From contig CAYJCT010000001.1 in NCBI GenBank assembly GCA_964368745.1, positions 1 to 28,997 of the forward strand: DNA of 28,997 nucleotides. Direction: 5' to 3'. This DNA comes from an uncultured Christensenella sp. (lineage in GTDB: Bacteria > Bacillota > Clostridia > Christensenellales > UBA1242). Shown here piece after piece: positions 25,001-26,839 of this stretch. The notes beneath the pieces were generated by a model, which saw only the letters and a program-made list of their open reading frames with translations, made no database searches and had not been told where the DNA came from. Within the stretch, counting starts at the first letter, position 1. The number at the start of each line of letters is the position of its first letter. A program made the position numbers and the translations under genes.

Positions 25001-26167
25001 TTCGTTTGCTAAATAGTCTTGCAGATTGTCATAGATGAAAAGTCGTTCAGGATACGCCTGCACTTTCACATTCAGCACAATTTTTTCGCCCTCGAAATAA
25101 TCTTCATAACCTCTGTATTTCACAAAGAACTCTAAACTCTCTTCCACCGCAACGCCCACAGACTGTACCAAAAACTTGTTGTTTGCCCGCGTGATTTTCA
25201 ACTGCGACGGAACAGTGTTTAACAGCACCTGATATTTTGTATTGTTAATCATGGAATTTTCTGATGTAATGTTTAAAGGCTCGCCAGAAATAAGATTATA
25301 GTCATAGTTAAAAGTTAGCGCGCCCTCCCTAAACTTATCAAAACTGGCAATAGTATTTGTGGCCAAATCAATGTCAAAATTATAAACTCCATTTATTTTT
25401 TGTTTGGTCAAAAATTCTTCCACTCTGTGATTGTAAATTTCCACCTTGGAAATGTCAATGGGAGAAAGCACGCGCACTTCCACTTCATCGGTCTTCACCA
25501 CATCTTTGTTGGTGTAGGAAGCAAACAACTTAAAAGTTTCGTTCGCAAAATTATTGCTAACCAAAATTGTGCCATTGTTAATTGTGATATGCTGCTCCAT
25601 ATTTTCATCAACCGAAAGCGTAATATTTCGCTGGTTAGTGTTAAAGGGATGAAAATTTATGTATGTAAATTTTGTTGAGCCCGTAATTTCGCTTGCTGTC
25701 AAATCGGTCCACACGCCTTTAACAACAGGAATTTCGTCTTGACTAAACTCAAACGACTGCAACGGCACCACCACAAAAAACTCTAAGCGTTTTGTAACTC
25801 CGCCCTCTTTTGTTTTAACATTCACCGTTGCGTGTCCGCCTCCGTTTACTTTCAATTCGGTTGCAGTTTCTTCTTTAGAAAAAGTGGATTTACTAAGCGA
25901 CAAACTGGCAGTGGATGATGTTACCACCACATTCACCTGCTTGCTAACCGCCAAACTCACACCTGAAACTTTAGAATCAATTGTAATAGTTTGACCGCTT
26001 CCGCTCAACTCCAACTCATATCTGTTGGTCTGCGCATTGAACGACGCCCCCTGCACTGTTATCTCCAACTCCATGTTTCTATACTGAGTTGCAGTACAGC
26101 CGAAAAAAAGAGTGAAACTGCTAATAAACAATAGAAGTAATAGTAATAATTTTTTTCCGTTTTTCAT
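1097..26167 (-). CDS. Giant (~8,356 aa) predicted surface lipoprotein / adhesin-like protein with Ig-like arrays, eight GLUG-type beta-helix modules and InlB-B-type repeats
   Basis: Single open frame of 25,071 nt. Preferred start is ATG 26167 (SD AAGGGA 6 nt upstream) rather than TTG 26206. The N-terminus MKNGKKLLLLLLLFISSFTLFFG-C is a signal peptide II. Dozens of GGLVG/GGIVG/GGIAG motifs and repeated PIG..F.G.FDG.G..I.NL...GLFG module heads are present. The function is not established. Confidence 0.9.
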   Translation of the reverse strand: MKNGKKLLLLLLLFISSFTLFFGCTATQYRNMELEITVQGASFNAQTNRYELELSGSGQTITIDSKVSGVSLAVSKQVNVVVTSSTASLSLSKSTFSKEETATELKVNGGGHATVNVKTKEGGVTKRLEFFVVVPLQSFEFSQDEIPVVKGVWTDLTASEITGSTKFTYINFHPFNTNQRNITLSVDENMEQHITINNGTILVSNNFANETFKLFASYTNKDVVKTDEVEVRVLSPIDISKVEIYNHRVEEFLTKQKINGVYNFDIDLATNTIASFDKFREGALTFNYDYNLISGEPLNITSENSMINNTKYQVLLNTVPSQLKITRANNKFLVQSVGVAVEESLEFFVKYRGYEDYFEGEKIVLNVKVQAYPERLFIYDNLQDYLANENENSYYNVENSGLLAENLVLFANYSTNQLGTPFYVQVFGTHGTLYNQKVEFAVVDAEGEKLSNILISDTWGNVITSPMMVVDNTLNPHRFLLRKQNNEVEINEGTKLVVTSAINDEVLAEVDLIGVLGEVKWSSSGDAIDDKVFMSVNDTLVYDFKEKGIAASWLGESGDYSNLTHESFTVRVTTLEGADVISNETISLISNENGLVTGINISTRLDQVGRSRIEVVAPNGYVLTIYVQVYINITGESVWLTFKNHVCDSKIVSKDAVGVDRVEQPFTAQRGDNQTIVINVLFGDNATPTKYEILPNGLSLSIRSSESNSVSFDSQTNTLSAKNISTRQDGRVIISVVLTSRVSSTEQHTLEFEFVVIVVEPVSHIRLTPKTNNIYSKNTLNIYSDGVNPSDFDLNGKAEISMEILPTISQTFAASTIYWKIYYGSRSITIPQKNAQGESITKGEWKDEDYNWSHKICWEMSGDSKRLLVWAETNSIKDDINAEMSFDFYVEGFAVQQFNNFFGQSISNTYSDRVSFSVVDAKRVESISADLAYNTMTFDIRDMVYQNVLDEKLVFDTDKSENEKTFAFSINPAGVHNDNIIAVPSATANVSAIVDNINKTVTVRINELIVAPYELPEYSIYLYSVDSRSHVNQNSYRVVEVITVRVADGIGVKYEVATYQDLLRVNDALSSNYVQTANIYLPENFAPIGSEENAFTGTYDGRFTFPNGDIVQYSIHNLITRTNMETDTFNYYGGLFANVVGAKLYNIKLKNVYVSVSANAYLTVNASTQYGVFMGALAGRAENSEILNCSVDDGNSIAGYDGAKINDIALKSRGLIFSGNSSANIFGFIGGLVGYQKDGILADSFASIAIDTIDELSDTKLVVGGLVGLLVEQSTSEALKEKYENFANIWYSNLPSQISSSMSNMSVSAIINASFLQTKDMSVIGDKYVIGGVVGINLGSINNVTAKSVIFANNFAGGIAGINMARITNSISNPTIVGRNYLGGIAGANIESRYFSDLTQFALSQMPSSAPLNVLEGNKVQMMDGKYTASYLNTAIAGENYLGGIAGVNFTDYTVETGGENNSNRFASKLYKNSVYSYFNREISKDNKNKTVAHNFSSSHQYFGDIVFIAKQTNQQFAGGYFGAVNNALISDAYIKININQNAISTLDTVEEEGIFIGGIFGGILEVGTLSGSILVNNAAVFGNVVYYQTEEPIVYLSNSINQRVGGFFGDITNIDYKLSYVGVTDAENVSLADIIFSWEIEKKNLVNFIDSDGNLFDFYNLQTSYTLLKLNMQTNDPSEYVNNFYVFGSDIVSNIYTNEIEYVEILEVKNSKLVELGDLVAALNNLGYIDVFGVRSYEHVEYLEKTVLQSINFSDYNLKLFAAIIDRNYINNIQLSKFLSYSELVAFDLLETYRDFGNFEYMDKSEIYLSMLDYLNAFSGKTYSVAPDYEGIIPQLIAQYIFLESGYELNLMEEDEYIGDELAIAMLTDTFNNVIYNIMLSQQLNVLIDKVNLLLEDDNKIDRLQVRESDISVINQKYRDVVADINNNFSKKIEVEEDDEFYDNYEALIGIINNLYVEYFADVEAKVVENAKKFDKVLAVSESTSIVTFADTVLWINTNAYGWRSTGQVVGSYYQRLYYASITLESMQNNFINAMFISAKDKLTNMLQSEEKGSLNGATSVELLNAIKNNTFLLAFYGDSASSILIENNDYDTSSFVEVASVIYKNYLLAKLVQSYNLLTDASMLDSIDDNDYDYFLEDFEHIDIEDIVVAILDDGSIDMQLFIAIVNEHDLLDSDFADKISTNNLTENQMYLLADAMVENVYENYAISQLLEYVNVFKTHFDEPDQDTGRVEVFEFSADFNTDALVDWLMALPFNIYTPAQFHDATYEKFVRISGSQTIDKEFINNKEWVNYVNNIFTNYFVSQANQIRLRFNELTYGEASGIQNYSYGQYVDETTTYLEYMIEKINSFAGVIKYDDNHELQEEVNYTIDGDGFNEYELLRNLIEEYNKINYIIQYFQRSHENLDEDRLVKIDVSYRGTHEGVPTKFVWQDESKFYEKSEYDFINGRASFILLEDETVVSSGYEFETSTLLSANSFYIGYQTYFSAKINGNFVKTTKYTFTEEGAKKLTTQAFYYEENEDGIFIKIYNLLNAQYQYFDDAILSPYLSNFEICNFEGGDFLEGNVPYYRYVVGGNIMLLITERDFNYLLNDELQRYSLSPVEVSYYNSNASHYDSINNYYEKTSEWSGNFIFNMYTVEEMQDNGFLGIITLEGEIAGDYLLTDYNRYNELGGITGVLTHYKLINVATSEVVFVPIEAVEDYDIKNFDQYYNELVNDGMPIAFGNNPSVDSLELIVDLPPSDVQVTGNYDNLLVWQEQVFANNTITYLDDVVSLSYSQVDSKLNKIGAFYDFDNNKAISNTERTYSAVLDQKIAAANTYKLSDILNLVVIPPYLKNSKLNISTNSGIIEFVSDRGETNVLVKSTGTAVMTISSLFNPDLKVEITFNVRSNFNNFSINRSFIQNGQDELTELGQDSVLQVVKGSSEKIRLDVSGSFSINTIAGTYANIALAKSTNFNLGVRFYLMNDSGGIYHDNTSAIHSKFQINSKSFTYSVEPNGQYLIFMDIATISDIYVQGNEAQDEMSRLVAVPFVYGNNINQKALFQNVVSDGDDGYMIKLETANGYITGLGKVMNVRVVNGTYNVTTNFENQETTPLIDGEVVATVLTDDATAKLYLTIKDGNYFAIEGGDGSYKLLGLNNVEVQKLDADGNPIFMYEISDDSANFNNYYTFGKYQIKLERVLYFSDEDVEFDPANNNGSHTLKFKKYYFKINVQEDSLFDMNEVNNIALDFYVVSNENKIVSATFNLKITPQGLERIYTKHYSDVMMQTYDVGEGKVNTVYTVGQSFISDTLVVGYPGLLNINLYPEYGQIDWLEVESVPNGSVAIGLEQLVANYFTYSDVSVHSNLIFAGSYTSISQLSTPLANGRGIRLSRISLDYQMSGQTQHAFNGNFYIKTLLPTFYENQQNFVLIIRWSSFGVVHSSTLTIVPALTPRLNMSYKGLTYAPVAMGTEVVFDVETDGIIDGNFVLSDVNGVIATGSNDYLATQSGDNVFNNIKRVGVDGRNSQYSFILKYNEDIIGKDFSITLTVYRTILGRKYETTKSIVFRPAMFIVDSIAVENVVDGNMVGNFNQEYPLLIKINATYSTDLMYVTSAQVESIQKEIRQMEAKISSLGLYGEYGQNHDISMIFGDVEIGEESYKTGTWYLKSGNLYSNLSKNKTYNSFVIANGKNYFIENENDQLVRHNYAVLTLRNNLLNASDRIMAQTIISYGESDSGTGVYISSEASYHESDFTYLKTTEFGFNFYQYSDEHNPRPIYTKEEFLSMSADTHYILLADIELEYHTPINTPIASFDGNGYVIRIKSFDDFSASSTTKNVGLFGEVAEQTTLKNIIVELVPHENVLREQALDANGEILRTSADVEVVLGSLQGVRAGVIAGINRGVITNAIVVNNADRYRTERDDLLYYNLSKINQAEYEDRKEMYYETYIKNSTRLSDANRTLTSFGVSVSSADANITDVRIAGLVGLNDGYITNSNVENITVQGLSYVAGFVGENNGKISSSYFKDGNVVNFRSMSLAATATAGLVAFNNLGGEINLSYVLGRVHTFDDAHTRESTTGLSDEILQGFIGYNYTIGSDIINARRFGSVITSDLSATGFVYDNKGTIANSYTNILVNGDYNAGFAYFNTGKISNTYTMSSIPKELEYSSAFLANSSQGEGSIENSFYLKVDENDYTIIFSSYSNEELEEEFGKILLGIGEGEERELVVSNDYLDFLTDKSGEEISTVNAVQFGQYSTFGTFAFNSDYEINSTLLTQSVWFMSSVTSPLQQQVANSYFRHSDYIVGAPQLVSANLKNMSVKYANFIQPLNTGDSIFNVLETLYKQMGVDAAYKILEELRDGTYEGNDPIRYAAAKIAEFTSVRLADDMVLAFAESGVSTSVATMQTTIADETITSTTILSVLITAINSRNKVDPNSSSSYSYSSVLENMKGISIAYGASVLNPYIIDSAFDFNGFVAQIDSEGKATIDTQNRNLRMVKDISFEEEGITPQTYNISFSGDLEGNGMTIEELKLIAELGSIDGKKIDTLGIFSRVYKDSSGKIGNVRNLNIEVEEIKGSGVKYVGALAGIIESAYIYNITITGEQVVVSGLNAVGGLAGLVTGTSLIQNIDSSVSVKANLFNTANTYSSSRPINKEFNPDMGRYIVHEFMLFTGDNVSAVSYAGGIAGILNTSAVEGSEADVNTSGNVVRGAISIQGEVVGGLFGFVGSKAILNDSKLLVSPDMRLIASAVAGGLVGHSVGTITRSYVENENQKDIDDEIIRQIDAITPTNKTTANFYLNLPSTITEATSLYDGNPHYMGGVVGISHNSKLTFTFNRVDVANINAKYAGGLVGLSVGVNLENVYTTASVWSFVAYGGSVGLQTMFDGDALESGEGNSKNYATAQYIYHIANQGDMSDMSTAVVGSNKVNVRSLVSANMWKAPHKVINRKNYNIDASIAQIGSFIGNSTVLGKNFDEWFSGVGNDISQRVKNENIYFMYTYKSGSTNQALDEIGNANTNKFRWEEKTGQNARYTESGKYYMLNRRIDIDIVAGTYYDAGKILTEQEVLSLAEFGLGFASEDVTFIYQIINSTEYTFNNENYAYSGDLITEKEMYIYYQVTTAFGTYSVGDIFYSGLRNLGTMENGATFIDATDLKTHLDNGNLIYHSKTAIDTIYRFSRMQNFGSLRTIREFLQGVYIQAETADTMPSRVTNHVTGARVAGNGDVAMESVAGVSGNVFSSTTHWRSVVYNNWREKFWNGVVMNGAQDLKDTLRRSLISTYPFPKIKYQTTTEIIYVHTISDLIDNTEERPDATYIIMNDIDMVSESWVPLNSKDNPFTGTLQSSRNYETGELNNYKFTGMEAEIYGVNSFGLFANVENATFKSFEIEVSSINTSNVQHVGVLAGEARNTLFENIYIYGKDDQSIISGTNSKAVGAIAGYAENCDFVYSEELDETLFAVKDLIVQSGGEYSDGVYVGGLVGVMENQIHGELTNAKLSNVHVRANNSLFHTKEVGAGGVVGWTQKITFDNVEFVDGSVEAKISAVATGATIENAVMIGGLVGKNEGVIENSKLISSDIIVDNGGESIGISTIKNILMVGGIAGYVNFASTEDAAVVTNCMVQDANITYTQTKAEQNNVFIGGAIGSVATTLAGDALDADKEFRAHAISNLNIEADISIDSNNIGEINVGGVIGIADHIDAASSEILQLTFVGNINVDSNDAAVLNIGGVVANITENVKASKLFYANANISLAGTGENVNIGGVVAYSKNANISQIAAMGAVVIDGDFASSNVGGVLGHALNPKLNASVSNTDIEVKNNNNSENLVGGLVGILTVDEESTTSTQSEISNSYSTGDLKVRFVNETGEYNENKVGGLLGAVVHTSTDKLNSILKIENVYSISKVQAFDSDYYDLFKTSSDSFYGGVVGAVDSANFSADVFDDAIYLAETNSYSNNFGRVLGVDEMLANENTLSEFDAGYWKLSENGKSFPLLIWLDNSVVTEENEELFLTIQSEGTYQRPSIATSYSQLAEFINPADEAVIKAVIYEGGSSITLSAELNIQLKGQSIYYNEAQSLSISFGSIGNNLISSMDKVSFVYGLKIIAATHSGNVIGINNGIISTVSNTTIAKIVGTNNGIINYASANNFSVQTNSGLLINSKLLTGSASGIKAGRLITSQIVSTSELLPVSLDDSALRDVYVLFDDNADDTFEYFDSNGKSSGAIVGVDAARDLSNYFDGTNTKANLDFENRWIVFAIDKNMDESDRQKVNHGMPMLRWQLAEITGNWYDKDVHADYLWSNFTQSVNVRIVDGNFVYEVGTAEGLAYVANLVNSGGFSTNGVIKLMNDIDLGGKLWTPIGTVTHPFAGAFDGDGFTIKNIACIGGDVAGLFGYVKAVKYIEGRYGENVNIKDVTLVNAKIISTSSTGSAGVVAHVVLNTAQETNTYVLENVLTERFSVINDQDGLNTQYAYNSVQIAGARAGLVGLANAPLTVSMSENNGDILGYSTDSDITSFAGGIVGLANALLKVEMSANQGRVSASVAGGIVGIASGVTVIENSYNSNGDTDYYVDLGVYGEIENDDIKNSANVSGTNVGSFIGEMSGTSLGINYAYNSTQINKFVGVYSGGNFDKNINFLYSISKGGVSYGADDEKITATDYKNDKEEEGSLNEFREQAWAGFAWESVWGRDTSNNEYPVLMINMDYWIDHSSLPTYQGGNPEENPKIYSKAVALGSEEIGYYNETIMEIHNASQLAWVARMVNYFGYDFVGKTIRIMNNISFAGRAWVAIGAEDYAFKGTIEGYGHSITGLSAISYAAFDANKYPTTENENIAYNYVGLIGHAEGARISNLTLGTVAASGFNASSGDEYVGAIVGYAKNVAFSNLANNLEISSKGYAGGIVGYAEYSSDFSGNFFSGTITNNGNILNQSGDYVGGIVGKLQLENTATKNLSANLINNATITSSGNFVAGIAGEVTITGSFESIENWKNYGDVSGGNYIAGLAGRIVGGTYTDANIRTEVQSVLNEGSVSGGDYLGGLFGQAQKINIRNNNNTANTENRQTYEYYYIDHVYQDYNIGDVSGNSYVGGLVGDAKESSIMGEVKTTSGSVGGKDLYFIFVWVRNTGNVQVAGVFGGGVVGYLNNGIGDISSSVSVDYYAKNRIFLAQSTGAIASNGADNVGGIAGYNNGLIEGAVSTSTITLNTSSKYVGGIAGENYGAIYESAFNGDITDMAGTSTKVGAIVGVQSVSELVISKIQNTSSNTSIALIGNNEIGKVVMAINADSYILDGTSVGSGDAPIEFTECSVFEVVAGRPQVVYFAIAKPSLNGSNYYTLASEADYSKIVFLQNRRLGASPFVDDENPNVNVNVDDSEISSIEMNTNIALGSKNFSYKGRFNGNGIEFTVSAFASRDGENLGLFGVTENANINNVTVIINKLIERDYQNIAALVAKSEGTLTVENIKVEFTSLGSMKNTSSSSTSSLSALVGRAENGGIITASNITLTDVKIDCTSARAGAFVGTSFAQVTATNVSTNGGTIAGVVAGGLIGLLESSAGSTLSGVINNADVVATQIGGGIVGNHTSGALTINNNGTIYSANNGKVEASSSAGGVTAVAGGVVGKTSAQLILDKVSNTAEIVASNENNSAYAGGLVGQSDASVSIEESFNKASIKGKNYVGGLVGYSSSSMTATNSYNIGVVESSHASGYLGGLIGYSTDVTINKVYNFGQLIADNYKGGLIGHKATGMLVTSSIYWDNTVSNIAGGGYISSSGAKSRSEMQNKDTYSGFTFDQSSMWVMAFAEVQVDGVVYHIYSPHLYYEIDFTSNFSIKFVSNNAEKEETDAFSATISNISQGESQQFASTYKFGYTSYGYWTTIPHGALSGHPNVFVSDGTYTVFSTISEVNLYAYFEPRTYIVNFNSNAENYYAKLLGNMSQQNFVYDDGQTLKSNEFRLVDHNNDDMYDFLGWAKMAGGVVDTSNLYVSVNFNTIMDWYYPNYKSLGQHFTDGETIQIYAVWKLKETATTSYKIIIYEENIYNSNYTEKSSETIWAQPGELVSVTPLTRTGFTFNSEISNTSGTVNEDGVELVLKLYYTRITYTITAQAGSYITSVSPISAIVKHGASHTVVAVKYAGSEYEFDGWYEGGTRVSTSTSYLFTVTSNRTLQARASLNQFTLTLNPNGGTIPSGNTTKTVIYGESYEIEVPEMQYYAFQGWYETTSGGKKYTDESGNSLNNWDETSNRTVHARWELKYYSIAFKLETTDRVEFELNDGSIYYVHRSGDLSYLKNSSDTTLLTFPADYFSYLFINSNQNVSNTRSLTSGNLLDLSINRIFFCNKNSEWQSERIEVKMNDFPFNRGAIAKVNVLKYSAGSYSIVYNWYDEGGDLIIEVPPLPGNPVQGYVRYTLNHY
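1580..2845 (-). repeat. About five small beta domains near the C-terminus, mostly InlB B-repeat (Listeria-Bacteroides repeat) type
   Basis: YIVNFNSN...YDFLGWA...IYAVWK; YTITAQ...YEFDGWYEGG...SYLFTVTSNRTLQAR (divergent type); FTLTLNPNGG...YAFQGWY...VHARWE; plus FSIKFVSN...LYAYFE and YKIIIYEEN...TRTGFTF...LKLYYTR. Confidence 0.7.
2870..23010 (-). repeat. Eight GLUG-type beta-helix modules with heads at about 23010, 14920, 12865, 10380, 8220, 7335, 6058 and 4315
   Basis: Heads: YEVATYQDL, PIYTKEEF, PYIIDSAFDF, YVHTISDL, PSIATSYSQL (degenerate), YEVGTAEGL, EIHNASQL, YTLASEADY. Most are followed by DI.L...W.PIG..F.G.FDG.G and GLFG, then GLUG repeats, and close with a (F)..W...P.L cap. Confidence 0.75.
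14940..17990 (-). repeat. Second probable Ig-like array (approximate limits)
   Basis: About 1,015 aa, beta-rich, with similar linkers (LELIVDLPPS, LNLVVIPPYL, ITFNVRSNF, NVRVVNGTY, NLKITPQGLERI, TLTIVPALTP, IVFRPAMFIVDSI). Confidence 0.4.
23030..26080 (-). repeat. N-terminal array of roughly 9-10 Ig-like beta-sandwich domains (approximate limits)
   Basis: About 1,020 aa with alternating-hydrophobic strands and recurring linker motifs resembling bacterial Ig-like group 2 domains (FFVVVPLQSFEF, VRVLSPIDISKV, VKVQAYPERLFI, VIVVEPVSHIRL, FSVVDAKRVESIS). No GLUG motifs. Confidence 0.5.
26096..26167 (-). other. Lipoprotein signal peptide (SPase II) with lipobox Cys24
   Basis: Basic n-region MKNGKK, 17-aa hydrophobic core, and LFFG-C with the Cys codon TGT at 26098-26096. 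The lipobox is slightly non-canonical (Phe at -2). Confidence 0.75.
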
Positions 26168-26173
26168 TCTCAT

Positions 26174-26179
26174 TCCCTT
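26174..26179 (-). promoter_or_regulatory. Shine-Dalgarno of the giant gene
   Basis: AAGGGA lies 6 nt before ATG 26167. Confidence 0.6.
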
Positions 26180-26241
26180 AACAGATATGTTTTGTAAAGC
26201 AATCAAAAATATTTATAGTTTTTAGATACTTTAATATATAT

Positions 26242-26271
26242 ATTATATATAGGGTTAAAAGGCGGTGTCAA
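26242..26271 (-). promoter_or_regulatory. Sigma-A/sigma-70 consensus promoter for the giant gene
   Basis: TTGACA (26271-26266), 18 nt spacer, TATAAT (26247-26242): both hexamers match perfectly. An AT-rich UP-like tract lies upstream. The predicted TSS near 26235 is about 68 nt before the ATG. Confidence 0.8.
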
Positions 26272-26327
26272 ACAAATTGATAATAATTTAAAATAAAACA
26301 TAAAATTACAAAAAAAATACATGGTAA

Positions 26328-26493
26328 AAAACAGATGAATTGTTGGTTTTTTCTGGTCGCGAAACACATAAATTATTTGATTTTTCGGTTGTAGAAAAAC
26401 ATATATTATTTGATTGTTTACTCACTAAAAAAAATAAACTGTTTGATTGTGTTGGTACAAAAATAACATAAATTATTTAATTTTTAGGGTATT
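26328..26493. repeat. Degenerate 33-bp tandem array, 5 units
   Basis: Units start at 26328, 26361, 26394, 26427 and 26461. The core is approximately ACATAAATTATTTGATTTTT; units 2 and 5 share a 20-bp core with one mismatch. Confidence 0.75.
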
Positions 26494-26523
26494 AAAAAAA
26501 ACACACACCGCAAAAAAATTCAC

Positions 26524-26727
26524 TTGCAAAAAGAGTGAAAGTTTCCTGCAAAGAGAGTGAAAGTTTATCTGCCAAAGAAGTGAATATTTGTCTACCATGA
26601 GAGCGAAAATTTACTTGTGTTTTGAGTGGGAATTTTACTATTAAAGTATGTAACAATTCAATTTGCATACGAGTAAACTTTACTGCAATGAGAGCGGAAA
26701 TTTACTTGTATTTTGAGTGAAAAATAC
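26524..26727. repeat. Degenerate 21-24 bp (mean ~23) tandem array, about 9 units
   Basis: GAG(T/C)G-like cores at 26533, 26555, 26578, 26601, 26624, (one degenerate unit), 26671, 26692 and 26715, each followed by AAA(A/G)TTTAC-like sequence. 26597-26628 and 26688-26719 match at 30/32 bp. Confidence 0.8.
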
Positions 26728-26760
26728 TAAAAACAATATTAAAATATCGCATTCATAAAT

Positions 26761-26801
26761 AGAAAAAACCACCTATCTAATTTTTTTAAGTTGACAGGTG
26801 G
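26761..26801 (-). terminator. Rho-independent terminator of the sleB-ypeB operon
   Basis: On the minus strand the stem CCACCTGTC / GATAGGTGG (9 bp including one G-U) has a ~15 nt loop and is followed by TTTTTTCT, about 40 nt after the ypeB stop. Confidence 0.75.
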
Positions 26802-26839
26802 ATTTTCTTCATGCTTTTGGTCGCAAAAAATCATTTCAA

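Noticed and set aside
60-25678. Many 60-160 aa ORFs on the plus strand or in alternative minus frames overlapping the giant and GlmU-like genes
   Set aside because: Shadow ORFs of long coding regions: no RBS, no recognisable motifs, and composition mirrors antisense codons.
26103-26156. Two 7-nt homopolymers in the signal-peptide codons as a phase-variation switch
   Set aside because: Runs of 7 A/T are common in this AT-rich sequence and short for typical slippage loci; the frame is intact.
1097-26167. M26/IgA1-type metalloprotease call based on GLUG repeats
   Set aside because: No HExxH motif or peptidase-like domain was seen on reading the translation; an HMM scan should confirm this.
26168-26206. 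ORF-track start at TTG 26206 (MIALQ...)
   Set aside because: No SD there. ATG 26167 has an SD and gives a normal-length lipoprotein signal peptide.
26328-26471. Small peptide with 11-aa KLFD repeats read from the 33-bp array (+ strand), and an open stretch on the minus strand
   Set aside because: No ATG or RBS in frame. The fifth unit is shifted by 1 nt and contains stops, which fits a non-coding repeat.
26328-26727. CRISPR array interpretation of the intergenic repeats
   Set aside because: Units are directly abutting and degenerate with no unique 25-45 bp spacers, and there are no cas genes in the window.
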